From Sphaerodactylus townsendi (lineage: Eukaryota): a stretch of 64,000 bases of DNA. The stretch spans positions 13,888,001-13,952,000 of the forward strand of contig NC_059435.1 in NCBI RefSeq assembly GCF_021028975.2, given 5' to 3'. The notes beneath the pieces were generated by a model, which saw nothing but the letters and a program-made list of their open reading frames with translations, was not told where the DNA came from and did no database searches. Made by a program: the position numbers and the translations under genes. Positions 24,430-36,490 of the stretch are shown here, one piece after another. Position 1 is the first letter of the stretch. Every line of letters begins with the position of its first letter.

Positions 24430-25690
24430 AACTCCAAGCCGAGATTACCTTGCAAGTGGGTATTAAGCATGTAAATCTCTCACAAATCACCCCCAGCAAA
24501 ACATTTACCAAACAAATGTCAGCATCATCTCTCACAAAACACACTCCAATTGAAATCACACTAGAAACAGCATCACTCTTCAATGAATTGTTTAAAGCTC
24601 CAGGGAACTCAGATTCTTCTTTTAAATCCACCTTAAAGGGAGAGAATCACAGGATTCCCCAGTTAAAACAAAATTGAAAGTGATGCTGTTTGGGGTGGAT
24701 TCTCCCCACCCTTCGGAAACAACGTATCACTTTTGAGAGGTTGGAGATTTAGATGAAAACAAATACCAGATTCAGCCAGAATCTGGGCAAGACGGAATTC
24801 AGGCAAATTTACGGACCAACCCAAAAAGTGTCCGATTATGTCCTGCCCAAATATGAAGACAAATGTGAATGCACAAGGTATTTGGGCTTTGGGGGGGGGG
24901 GGATATTTTTTTGGTGTTTTTCGGCCTGCAAGGGAGGGCATTTTTTTAAAGCTAGTGGCACTCATGGATTTCAGGGGCATCATCCAGAGACTTTGCCCTT
25001 GATGATACCACAAGTTTGGGTGATGTTTGTCTGTGGTTCAGGGGAAGCAAAGTTATGGACAACCAAATGGAATGCCCCCCTATCCCCATTGTTTTCAGTA
25101 GGGTGCTAACAGGAAGATTGGGGGCTGCCCATTTTAGAGGGACCATAACTTTGGTAGTCACTGAACCCTGAACCTAACTTCTTCCTAAACTTGGAATTAA
25201 CATCATAAAAATAGTTACCAGATGGTACCCTTCGAATTTTTTGGTGTCACTGGCTTTGAAGGAAATAATGCACCCCTTACAGGCACCCCAAGAGATTGCC
25301 CAAGATTCTTTTGGATTTGCAGTGACTTTTGCTCCATTGCCCAGCCAATGGGGGGAGATTTTTCTGAGGAGCAGGCTGCACATTTCTGAGGCGTAGAGGC
25401 ACCAGACTTTCAAGGGTGGCTCCAGGTGAAGCCCCTGTTGGCCAATAGCATTGGGCATAGGAGTCCTTTGCTTCTGAGGGAGGTTCAATTTTATAGATGC
25501 CCCTCAAAGAGGCTTATTTTGTTTCCATGCTCCCTGCCCATGAAGCCTGCCGGCTGGAGTTCTCTCAGAACTCTCTCCAACTTGCCCCCTCCCACTCCCA
25601 GGAAGCAAAGCTCACCACCAAGCTTGGTCACTATTACACCAAGACCTCTTGGAGCCACACTTGAAAGTCTGCAGCCTCTATCTTAAAAAA
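24430..25690. mobile_element. Diverged internal segments of the hAT-related family seen at 2148-3379
   Basis: Shared blocks CAGCATCACT, AAATCCACCTTAAAGGG, GAAAGTGATGCTGTTT, AAGTTATGGAC, CCATAACTTTGG. Confidence 0.65.
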
Positions 25691-26039
25691 AATGTGTTGG
25701 TCAGGTGCTTACACACTCAGAAATTTCCCAGAATCTGCCAGGCTCTTCAGGCCAAAGTTCTGTGGTGGGAAAAATTGCACCCACCACCATAGGAGCTTCA
25801 ATATGAAGACTTTCTGTTATGCCCAGATAGCATGCTGTGGTAGAGCTTTCAACAGGAGGCTTAATGTGGTGATGGTTTTACTCTGGGTGGGGGGCACTAA
25901 AGGATTTGCCTGGGATGGCCGAATGCTGTGGGCATCAGGTTCACCTTCAACTTGGTGCCCACAGCATTTTATAGCAAATTTGGTTGGTTCCTTTCAGGAG
26001 ACTCACACCAGCAGCCCTGCAGGGAAATACCAAAGAACT

Positions 26040-26665
26040 TTGAATTAGGCTATATATTTGTTGGGGGGTCCTTCAATACCAATTCCTCTAGCCAAGAAAC
26101 CAAATGGGTTGGAGTTTACACTGTTTATTATGGTACATTGATTTTTTGTCTCAGCTATGTCTCTTAGCTTTAATAAGACGCATTCCCCAAAGTGCATGTT
26201 TTTCTAAGTCCAATTCGGGTACGAATTTGGCAGTGACCTGGTAATTTCTGTAACAATGGCCAGTATTTATTCAATATGATATTCTAAATGGTTCCACTCA
26301 TTTCTGCATGTTCTAATGTCTCTAAAACAAATGCCTGTTGTTTTTAATTTGGGCCTAAACAAAGGTTGCCCTGTGGATTCTATCAGCTGTCTCTCTGGCA
26401 CTTTTAATTCTATGCCATAGGGAAGTTTCTATTCCAGTAAGTTAACTTCTACCCTCCTTGGAGGGCTCTTCCTCTTGTAATCTACTTATTCTTGTTGAAT
26501 TCCTTTTACACCTCAAGAATATTCCTATAAGATCAGCTGGACTTTAAGAAAATGTGGATGGAAAGAGTCCCGGGTAAACAAGAGTTTCTGTCTGTGGGTT
26601 TTTTTATACAACCCCACTTGGATATGCTTGGAAATAAATAATCCCAAATAACCGTGCCTTTTCAG
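26040..26665 (-). mobile_element. Penelope-like RT C-terminal/linker fragment (paralogs ~28100-28513, 29370-29735, 40085-40281, 40810-41007)
   Basis: Minus-strand GLYKKPTDRNSCLLRDSFHPHFLKSS*SYGIFLRCKRNST fits the PLE motif LYRKPTDRN.YL...S.HP..LK..IPY.QFLR..RNC. Confidence 0.8.
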
Positions 26666-27219
26666 GACCCAGCCGGAGGCCATCCCATCCAGGAGGAGTC
26701 AGCACCCGCGTCATGAACTGAGCACCCGACTGAGCTCACAGCTCCTGGAGACAGCCCACTTGAATTGGTAAGCTCAATCACAATCCACAATCACAATAGA
26801 ACCTTTATTGGCATCAGAGTATACAAGCGTGAATCTAGACCATTATTAAATTTAAAAGAGTTGTGCGATTTTTTAGACATATCAGCACCAGATTTCAATG
26901 ACATATATCATCAGGAGACTGTCCTTATGCTGCACCCCCAAGTCAGGTGAGGGTTTGGTTCAGGAGTCCAAAGTTATGGACTCCCAAAGGGAATACCCAT
27001 TGTTTGCAATGGGAGCTAATAGAGATGGGGCTACAGTTTTAGCCCGATTCATCCCATCTAAATGGTTCCACTCATTTCTAAATATTCTAAATGGTTCCAC
27101 TCATTTCTGCCTTTTCAGGACCCAGCGGAGGCCATCGCATCGGCGGAGATGGCACCTCTAAGTGAACAGAGCACCAGCGGGTGAGCTCGAGCTGCTGGGG
27201 GAGCCTTTAAATTAAATGG

Positions 27220-28085
27220 CAATCACAATCACAATCACAATAGAACCCAGCATTGGCATCAGGTATACAAGCATGAATATAGACCGTTATTAAATTTAAA
27301 AGAGTTGTACATTCTGTCTATGAGTAATTTTACATTCTAAAATCACACTTTAATATAATATAGATTAAAAATTTGACCATTCCATTTGGAATTGTGAACA
27401 GATATAGTACAACTACACTTAAAAGGCAGGATTAAGATATTTCTAGCCATTTAGTTTATTCACAGCCTATTTACTAAAAGGCATAACAGCACTTCCCGAG
27501 ATCTATAAATGGTGCATACTAATTAATGCTATAAAGTGGTGATTTCCATTAAAATGCAATAACTAACAATGTGCTCCTTGTATACACCTTCTATAATAAC
27601 TGCAGGTACCGGAGGTATAGAGTATTTCACATTTAAATATAATTTTATACTTTAGTATTTTACATACCTCTTAAGGACATGACTTGCAGCAAATACTTGC
27701 TATTCTCCCAAGTGTAAAAGGATCATTACTGTTTAGCAATTTTTGAGATTGATATTTTGAAGGCACATTTCCATTATCGGTAGTAATAAAGCTTCCCTCT
27801 GTGGGTTATATTTTGGGCAATAACATAAAATGTGGTCCAATGTTTCCAGCATGTGGGTGGACAGAAGGGCATACTCTATGTAGTAGAGGGGCGTTTCTCA
27901 ATCCGCCTTGCAAAGTGCAGAGGGAAAAAACATTACATCTGGCACAGAGTCAATACCCAAGCTGTTTAGAATCTAGGATTTCAGATAAATATTTGGCCAT
28001 CGTGCCAGCATCAGGAGTTTATACCAAAGTACAATGGGGAGCATGTTGTTGTTGCATGATTGATTAGTATGTTGATACTCCTGAT
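27220..28085 (-). mobile_element. RTE-X-like LINE 3' fragment with (ATTGTG)n tail; shorter copies at ~26777-26870 and ~40389-40565
   Basis: Minus-strand GATGCCAATAAAGGT..(ATTGTG)n tail at 26.8 and 40.4 kb, degenerate at 27.2 kb; the adjacent 3' UTR is shared among the copies. Confidence 0.6.
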
Positions 28086-28959
28086 CATATAGTCTAACAC
28101 AATTAGGCTATATATTTGTTGGGGTCCCTTCAATACCAATTCCTCTAATGAGAAACCCAATGAATTGAGTTTACCGTTTATTATGGTACATTGATTTTGT
28201 CTCAGCTATGTCTGCTTTAATAAGACGATTCCCCAAAGTGCATGTTTTTCTAAGTCCAATTCTGGGGTACACATTTGGCAGCCTGGTAATTTCTCTGTAA
28301 CAATGGCCAGTATTTAATATGATATTCTAAATGGTTCCACTCGTATTCTAAATGGTTTTACACCTCAAGAATATTCCATAAGATCAGCTGGACTTTAAGA
28401 AATGTGGTTTGAAAGAGGCCGGGTAAACAAGAGTTTCTGTCTGTGGGTTTTTTATACAACCCCACTTGGATATGCTGGGAAATAAATTATCCCAATTAAC
28501 CGTTACCTTTTCAGGACCCAGTGGGCCCATACTATCCAGGAGGGTCAGTGCAGCCTCTGGGAGACTGATGGCGTGGAGACTGGCCCCTGATGTATATATA
28601 CCAGCATGGAGATTATCCACATCTCTCCCGAGGTGGAAATACGGCTGCCCATGCCAAGACCACAGGTGGGGTAGGTGTGTAGAAGACATTTCAAATGCGG
28701 GCTCTTCTCCTGTAAAAGTGAAAATATGCAGCTAATATACCTTACCAATAAACATAAATCCCATTCTTCATATACAAAAACATAAGTGGTATCTAAACAT
28801 AAGGAAGAGTAAACTTACAAAGACCTAAAGCTGTTCTTTGGTGTCAGCAGGTTGTATTCAGAGAGCAGAGTGAAATTGTCACAGCAATGGTTATATACTG
28901 TCAAGTTAATTGACCACAGCTGAATTCACAGGAATGATGAAAAGTCAATATTAGAATTC

Positions 28960-29372
28960 CGTCCTCCTGGAGTTGTAGTATTCAATTCAAATATTTATCT
29001 TGCTTCTCTCAATTTTCTTTTAATGGCCATAGTTGATTCTGAGTTGGAAATCACTTCCACCACACTATATCTTAAAGCGTCAGGGGAATGGTTCTTTTCC
29101 ATAAAATGATCCACCAGTGGAACTCCTGGGACCTTGTTACGAATCCTTGAAATGTGTTCCAATATTCCGATTTCTCTTGATGTCTGCGCCACATATAATG
29201 AATTACATTCCCATGGGATAACAAATACTGTATTTTTAGTTTTACGTGTAGAAAAATGTCTACATACCTCGAACCAACCTTTCTCTTGTACAACCAGTTC
29301 TTTACATTCCCATGTACATTTACATGCAAGACAATTCCCACATTTAAAAATGACCTGTGGTGACTGGTACAT
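28960..29372 (-). mobile_element. Penelope-like GIY-YIG endonuclease domain (degraded)
   Basis: FKCGNCLACK linker, NTVFVIPWECNSLYVAQTSR..ILEHISRI, PLVDHF...H, LREAR; homologous to the plus-strand copy at 18.7-19.15 kb. Confidence 0.85.
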
Positions 29373-30281
29373 TGGTTTTTGTCTCAGTTATGTCTGCTTT
29401 AATAAGACGATTCTCTAACGTGCATGTTTTTCTATGTCCAGTTCGGCAGCCTGGTAAGTTTGGCAGCCTGGTAAGTTCTGTAACAATGGCCAGTATTCCA
29501 ATATGATATTCTTAATGGTTCTTAATGGTTCCACTCATTTCTGCATGTTCTAATGAGGTATGAATCCTTTGTTCCTGTTCGTTTTAATTTGGGCTTAAAC
29601 AAGGTTGCCCTGTGTCAGCTGTCTCTCTGGCACTTTTAATTCTATGCCATGGAACGTTTCTGTTCAGTAAGTTACCCTCCTTGAGGCTCTTTTGTAATCT
29701 CTTATTCTTGTCGAATTCCTTTTAGACCTCAAGAACAGCTCTGCCACACCTTCCAGGCTTCACCATGGAGAAGAATGGGTGAGAAAAGACCTTTCTGCCA
29801 TTTGGGTGACCTGGGGCTAGTCACAGAGGAGGATGCCAACCAACATCAGTCGCGTCCTTGTCTCAATTCCCAGCTAGCCCCTGGCATTTAATGACTTTAC
29901 AGAAATTACATCAGTTTTTCCTAGTAGCTGTAGTATACCCTAAGAGCTTCCGGAACAGAGAGAAGCAGAAGTCCCACAGTATCCTCCTTCTGTTGCCACT
30001 CCAGGACTTGTGTTTCTCATAGACTCTATGGTTCCTCCAGATTCCTGTAGACTGGAGATCAGCCATATTTCTTGGAGAACTGGGGATTTATCACGTTGGG
30101 GCAGCTGGCACCCAGCAGGAGACGAGGGCTGAGGACATGGAGGACCTCTCACAGTTTTGAATGGACAGTGAGCTACAGTGATGTGGACTCCAAGCACATC
30201 ATGACCACTATTTTTTAGTGATAACCTTGAGCTTAATTTTTTGTTTTAAGCGGCTCCGTCCTCTTCTCTCTTATGCTTGCA

Positions 30282-30353
30282 GATGCGTTCTTCGCGAGTC
30301 CAGCCAACAAAATGTCCTCCCATCTGACCATAATAACATCAAAGAGCCAGCAG
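30282..30353 (+). other. Candidate internal exon (72 nt) of an unidentified transcript; upstream intron and acceptor duplicated at ~30650-30800
   Basis: CCTCTTCTCTCTTATGCTTGCAG| ... CAG|GTGAGC; paralogous acceptor CTTTTCTCTTATGCTTGTAG ending at 30800. Confidence 0.4.
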
Positions 30354-31039
30354 GTGAGCAGATCCAAGTTTTACAGTTTGGGGGCATAGCTTGAGTGGGG
30401 AGGCAACTGCGTTTAGGATTGTGTGTTGTGTGTCATAGTAGAAGTTGGGAGGGCAAATTTGTTCCTTTCTGGGCATTCATTTGAATTGCTTACTGGATTG
30501 GCACAAAATAAAATAAAAGCTTTCCTCTGCTTGGAAATCTGGTAGTTCCTACCGGCTAATATTCCCATTGCCCCTACCCCCAGCAGAGAGCCGGTACCCT
30601 TACAGAAGCCACCTGAATCACGGTACCTTCACTACCAGGCTGAGTTTGAGGACATGGAGGGCACCTCTCACAGTTTTGAATGGACAGTGATCTACAGCGA
30701 TATGGACTCAAGCACATCATGACCACGTTTTTTAGTGATAAGCTTGAGCTCAAATTTGTATTTTAAACGATTCAATGCGTCTTTTCTCTTATGCTTGTAG
30801 GCCCGAATCAGGATGACTGCTCCTCCCAAGGTGCCGCCGGAGCAGATGTAGCAGTCTGGAGCTCCATGACTGGAAACTTTTTTTAGGACTGTAGGACTTT
30901 TAAATCTCTACGGATTATTTTAGCTTGAATGAAGGGTTTTCCTATCTTCCACTGCATCGCACTTACGTTTTGGCATCCTGTTTAATAAATTCAGAAAGCA
31001 AGACTGTGAAAATGAGAACTAGGTTGCTAATAATGTATG

Positions 31040-31570
31040 CACTAAATTTGATCTTTTGGTAGTGTAGTGTAGGTAGGATTGTTATAATTAGCTTGTTTTG
31101 GACAATGAAATTGTTAGGAAATTAAGCCATCCACTTTTCTATATTATAACTGGTGAAATAAGAGCCTGTTTAGTAGTGGGTGGGTTAGGATTTATCGGTT
31201 AGGAAATGGTGTTTGTGGTGGGTTTGGGTTGTTGGGATATTTGCTGCTAGGGCGGTATATTGGCATTGCTATTGTATTATTGTTATGTTGTTATGGAATG
31301 TTATGCTATTGTGTTATGTTATTGCTATGCTGCTGCTGTTATGAAATATTATGTGATGTTTATTTGATGTAGTTATAAGTTTATTAACTTCATTACTGAA
31401 CATTAACCTGATATAGAATTATTAAATATTTATTGAACTTTTGGTCCCATTATTACTGTATTATTATGTTATTGTTTATTTATTATGTTGTGCACCACCC
31501 TAGCCCATCCAGGAGGGCAGTATATAAATTAATTATCTAATCTAATCTAATCTAATCTAATCTAATCTAA
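31040..31570 (+). mobile_element. L2-type 3' UTR with (TCTAA)n tail
   Basis: TG-rich UTR, CCACCCTAGCCC..GGAGGGCAGTATATAAAT terminal motif, (TCTAA)n at 31536-31570. Confidence 0.6.
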
Positions 31571-32834
31571 ATGGATTTACAACAAGCTACCAAATAGTGC
31601 TCAGGCCAGCGAGTGAAACTTCCTGCAGAACGACCAAAATAACATCTTTGGGGGCTTGGCTTGGTACAGAGGCAGTACTTACAGGAGTGTGTATTGTGTG
31701 TCATCATAGAAGTTGGGAGGTGGAGTGTCTGATCGGAGGTATTTGTTTCCTTTCTGTGCATTCATTTGAATTGCTACTGGATTGACACAAAATAAAATAA
31801 CATAAACAATGCTTTCCTCTGCTTAGCTCCTACTGGCTAATCGCCAGCTAACTGACTGCTACCACCCCAACAGAGAGCCCCTTTGGAAGCCACCCTGATA
31901 AATTTTTGTACATTCAGCAGCCATGAACAAGGCCCCCTCCCACAGTTGAATATTTTTGAAGAAGCTGGCGGTTCTCCTTAAGCCATGAAGACCTTCAAAG
32001 CCACATGCCCCTCCATGGTGGGGGGGGACAGAGTTACAGCTCTGGTGAGTTTCCTTGCCTGGCTTTCACTAGCCAGCTTGCAGCCTGTTGACTAAACTCA
32101 CCCTACGCCAGCCCACGCCCTGAGCAGAATGGGAGGAGCCCCTTAGCTAAATAAATGAAAACTCCTCGCTGAGAATGAGTAGAGCAAAACACAACCTGGT
32201 GCTTCATTTCAGCAATGAAAAAACATTGTATTTTGGCAGGGGCTGATTTGGGCTGTGCCGATCGAAGGTTCCCTACTTTTGAATGTGGAGCTGTTTGTGG
32301 CTTGGGTAGCGTCTTGGAATCAGAGTATTTGGCTAGAGAGCCGTTTTATTATCAGGGGCTGGCAGTGAACAGTTCAAAATGTCTTTTCCGCATGCAACTC
32401 GTGGAGTGTGCAGTTTTGGCTTTTCTAGCCCAAAAGGTTGTTGCAGCTTGGGGGGCTGTTGAAAAAAGCTGTGGGAAGCAAAACCCCTTTATCATTTCTC
32501 CAGAAGTAGCATGTCGGTGCTTTGAAGGGCTATCAAGGTCTTGTGGACATGCTTAACAAAATAAAATAGAGCTTTGTATAATTGTGACTGCCCCCAACCC
32601 CTTGAGTGCACCCAGACGGCACCAGAGGCGTGGGGGGGGGAATGGTTCCCAGGGCAACACCTGCTCTGGGCACCCCTGCCCCCTGTGACCCCCCACCCCC
32701 CGCTCCGGGAGCCTGGTGGGGAAATGCTGGGCAGTGGCGCTTGGCAGTAGCCTCTGCTAGGCCTGGCGAGGTGTCCAGGGGAACCTGGCAGCGACCTCTG
32801 CCAGACCGGGTGGGGCTGAGCTGAGGGGCACCTG

Positions 32835-33245
32835 CCTGCAGCCCCCACAGGCTGCTCTTTCAGCCTAGACTGCATGTCCAAGTAGACTTGGCATCTCCTC
32901 TCCATTGTATAGTGAACTCCAGGAGAACATGGTCACTCCCACCTTAGATCCCTACAACTTTCACCCCATTAATCAGGTTATCATTGTTGGTTAGGAGCAG
33001 ATCGAAAATAGATGATCCCCTTGTTGCTTCATCCACCTTCTGGACCATGAAATTGTCTGCAAGGCAAGTGAGGAAATTGTTGGTAGTTTTGGCAGAATTT
33101 GACTCCCAGCAAATATCTGGATAATTGAAATCTCCCATTACTACTATTTTTCTTCTTTGTGAAAGTTTGGTCAACTGGTCCAGGAAGGCATCATCTAAGT
33201 CTTCAGTCTGGCTTGGGGGTCTGTAATAGGGCCCTAATAGTAATC
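32835..33245 (-). mobile_element. CR1 LINE ORF2 endonuclease fragment
   Basis: VVMGDFNYPDICWESNSAK...FLTCLADNFMVQKVDEATRGSSIFDLLLTN, followed by SDH. Confidence 0.9.
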
Positions 33246-33397
33246 TGCTTCTTTCTCAGAGAAATCCTAGTTTATGACCCAAAACAAAGAAATCTGAATG
33301 TTTTGTGGTTTATCAGCCAGAAACATTTAAAGCTGGTGGGACGTTTTGGCATTCAGTAAATTGCATTTTTCCACTGAATGATACCCATGTCTCCATC

Positions 33398-33528
33398 CAG
33401 TGGTGGGATTCAGCAGGTTCGCACCACTTCAGCACAAGTGTTGTTAAAATGGTGCTTACAACCAGTTGTTAAATTATTTGAATCCCACCACCGGAACCGG
33501 TGGATAAATTATTTGAATCTCACGACTG
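33398..33528. mobile_element. hAT MITE
   Basis: TIRs CAGTGGTGGGATTCA / TGAATCTCACGACTG; perfect 8-bp TSD TCTCCATC (33390-33397, 33529-33536). Confidence 0.9.
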
Positions 33529-35844
33529 TCTCCATCGTTCTGGTTGCAAGCATTCTTGCTTAAATGAAAAGTAAATTTTCCTGCAATTCACTCCACTTAG
33601 ACAGCATACAGAGGACAGACTGACTTTTGCTAGGGTTCTTTGGCCATGCACCATGTAAGTAACTCCCCTGGTGTGATTGGTGACATCATAAATTCCCCCT
33701 TTCTTTGTGAGGCTCTTGCTGAGGGACCACTCATGAACTTAACACCCAAGCCCCTCTCTCAAATCAAACTTCCTTCCCTTTTAAAGGATTTACACCTCCT
33801 GGACCTTTATTGTCTTCTCTTTTACACAGTGGGCCCCAGAAAGTTCACAGTGACAACACAGTCAAGTATAGCCAGAAAACGGAAGATCGGTTATTCAGCA
33901 GGAGTCACCATGAATGGGCTTTGACTTGACAGATCACAAAGACACACACACACACAAAATGCATGTTTATTGGGAAAAAGTCTGCTCTGTTTTATATATT
34001 CTTGCATTCCAATTATTCAGCACTAGGTGGCACCACAGGCCGGTTAACAGCAAAGAGCAACACCTCTCCTTTGCAAACCAGAGTGAACTTACAGCAGACC
34101 AAAGTCAAGGATTTCTTTTTTCACCTTCTGTGAACAAAAAAATGAATTTATGTTGTTCTACTGATGTCAGCCGCTTTGGGGCCCACTGGCAAGAAAGGCT
34201 GAGTATAAATGAAATTTACATAGAGTTCAGGGATGGTATCCTGTTGAACATCATCATTAGAATATCATCATTATGTTAATTTAATGCCCTGACCTGGATA
34301 GCCCAGGTTAGGCTGAGTCGTTTCTACACAGCATAATAATAACAACGGGTTATATCTGTTATTTTTTTTTATCTGGGTCTATTTTATTCCATTTTTGTTC
34401 TTCGCTTAGGTGCCCGTTTTCTGTGAAGGAAATAATTCATTTTCTTTCTGCCCCTTCCCATGAACTTTTTTTTTGAACAATGCAGATGTGCAGGCATGTG
34501 CATTCCGATTGGCTGTTCCACCACCACAGGCCTCCTTCCACCCACTCCTGCCCTCAGCTAAGGGAATGTTTCCGATTGGTGGAGAATCTACAGCAATCCC
34601 GGGAGCCTGAGCGGGACCTCGTCCTCCCATTTCCACAGCGTGGAAAAAAGTTTAGGGCTTTGAAGCCTCAACACATGTAAACACGAAGCAGGCAAACCCA
34701 CCCGAAACATTGTGATATACAAATTAATAGAATCTGTCCAAAAAGGGAACCAAACAATGTGTCCCATCTCCACATCCAAAGGTTTGCATCTGCCTAGCTA
34801 CGTGCTCTGAGCACCCAGAAAAGAAAAAGGGCTCGGGTCATTGCCCACAATGGCCCCATTTGTTGTTCAATGGGGTTTGTTCACGGAAAATTCTTCTTAG
34901 GATGGCTCAGTTGGGAACTGCTCAGAGAGGACTATTCTCTTCTCCCTGTCAGAGAGTGGAAGGAGCTTCTACTTTGCTCTCTTAGCAAACAAATGTGATG
35001 ATGCCTCCCAGTGAACATTACACATCTACCTGGTGGGTGCTAAGAGCTGTGGGGCACAGTAGCAGCACAGATCAGAAGGGAACCACAGCAATGTCCCCTT
35101 TGAAATCTGTCTTCTCACGAGGAGTCATGTCTAGGCACCTGACTCCCTACAATATAATCCTCAAAAAATATTGCGCACCTGCCAACTTTTGTGGCTTTAG
35201 TTTTATGATATTTGTTGATATTTGTGACCTGATTGTATTGAAGGTTTCGGCTCCTGGGAATATATTATTATTTTACTTCATTAAAAAAACAACCCTTTTC
35301 CAATCTGGCAAATTCCTTGATGAATTTCTCAAGGGAGAAAATAAGTTTGCAGACAGAAGGTGCCTGGATTGTGGGATGCAAACCTTCCTCTGACTTCTCT
35401 GGTCTCAAAGGAGCTTTGACCGTATTGGAAGCATCCTTGAAATGCTTGTCGAGGGATGCCAGACAGGACCCTAGGCAGGGAGCAATAAAAATGGGCATTT
35501 TTAGAGAACCAGGGAAAGGCTGGCTGAAAGATGATGTCTCCTGTTTGGATGCTGCCAACAAAGAAGGCCCTGAGTTCAGTCCATGTGGAGGGCGTTGAAG
35601 TTATAACAATGCAGCCAAAATATCTTACATCACTTCCAGCCTCCATAGGCTTCCCAGTTGCCCAGGCCTGGTGGTGAATTCTCTGCTTCAGCCCAAGGTC
35701 CCACCCTTAAGACCCTGAAGAGTGGGAGGAAAAAGTGGTCTCCCTTGGGATGTGCCCTTGGGAGGGCATGAGTGCCGGGGAGACGCTTGAGTACGGTGGG
35801 CACCCCCCCCCCCCCAGAAAAGGGTATTCCACACTCCCCCGACT

Positions 35845-36215
35845 GACCTCTCCTTCCAAGATGTGGATTCGTAGAAACCACATTGTGTTATTGCTACACG
35901 TTATGGCTACTAGAGGGAAAGCCAACTCCGTTTCCAAATCCGCAGCAGTGGAAGGGAAAACGCCAGAAAAGAATGCCGATTTAAGCATACGAATAGAACC
36001 ACTGTTTGAACTAACTAAAGAGAAATTTGCCAGGGTGGAAGATGACATGAAAGACATTAAAAAAAGAAATAATACAGATATAAAAAATGGAAACCTCAAT
36101 TCAACAAATGACAGAGACATTAAAAGAGACTAGAACCAGAATAAAAGAAGTGGAAGAAACAACGCAGCAATTAAAAACTGCTGATGAACAACAACCTAAA
36201 TCACAAAGGGATTTT
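35845..36215 (+). mobile_element. L1 5' end: short UTR and ORF1 N-terminal coiled coil
   Basis: TTCCAAGATG 5' motif; MATRGKANSVSKS..GKTPEK resembles the ORF1 start of the L1 at 16560; coiled-coil-like continuation. Confidence 0.6.
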
Positions 36216-36249
36216 CACAGACACCCATCCAACCGGGGAAGACGGACAA

Positions 36250-36490
36250 TTTAGAAGTTAATCTATCTAAAAAACCTTAACACCACTTCAATTGGAGGTT
36301 TTAAATGTGGGAATGGGATTTGTTCTCAACCCCAAATATGATCCATTTCAAACAAGGATAGATTTGTTTAAGCTGATTAGGCTTGTTCAACTTAAAAACC
36401 ACTTTGATAAGTTTCCTTCTAGTAAAGCTGCCTCTGTCTTTCAGACAAAATCAACTTTTACTCCCTTTATGGACATTCCAGCAATACCAG
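36250..36490 (+). mobile_element. Penelope-like N-terminal ORF fragment
   Basis: VNLSKKP../.LEVLNVGMGFV..KYDPFQTRIDLFKLIRLVQLKNHF...FQTKSTFTP fits the PLE motif VINLS..L...E..VL.KGL.F.P...D...F.R...LK..F. Confidence 0.75.
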
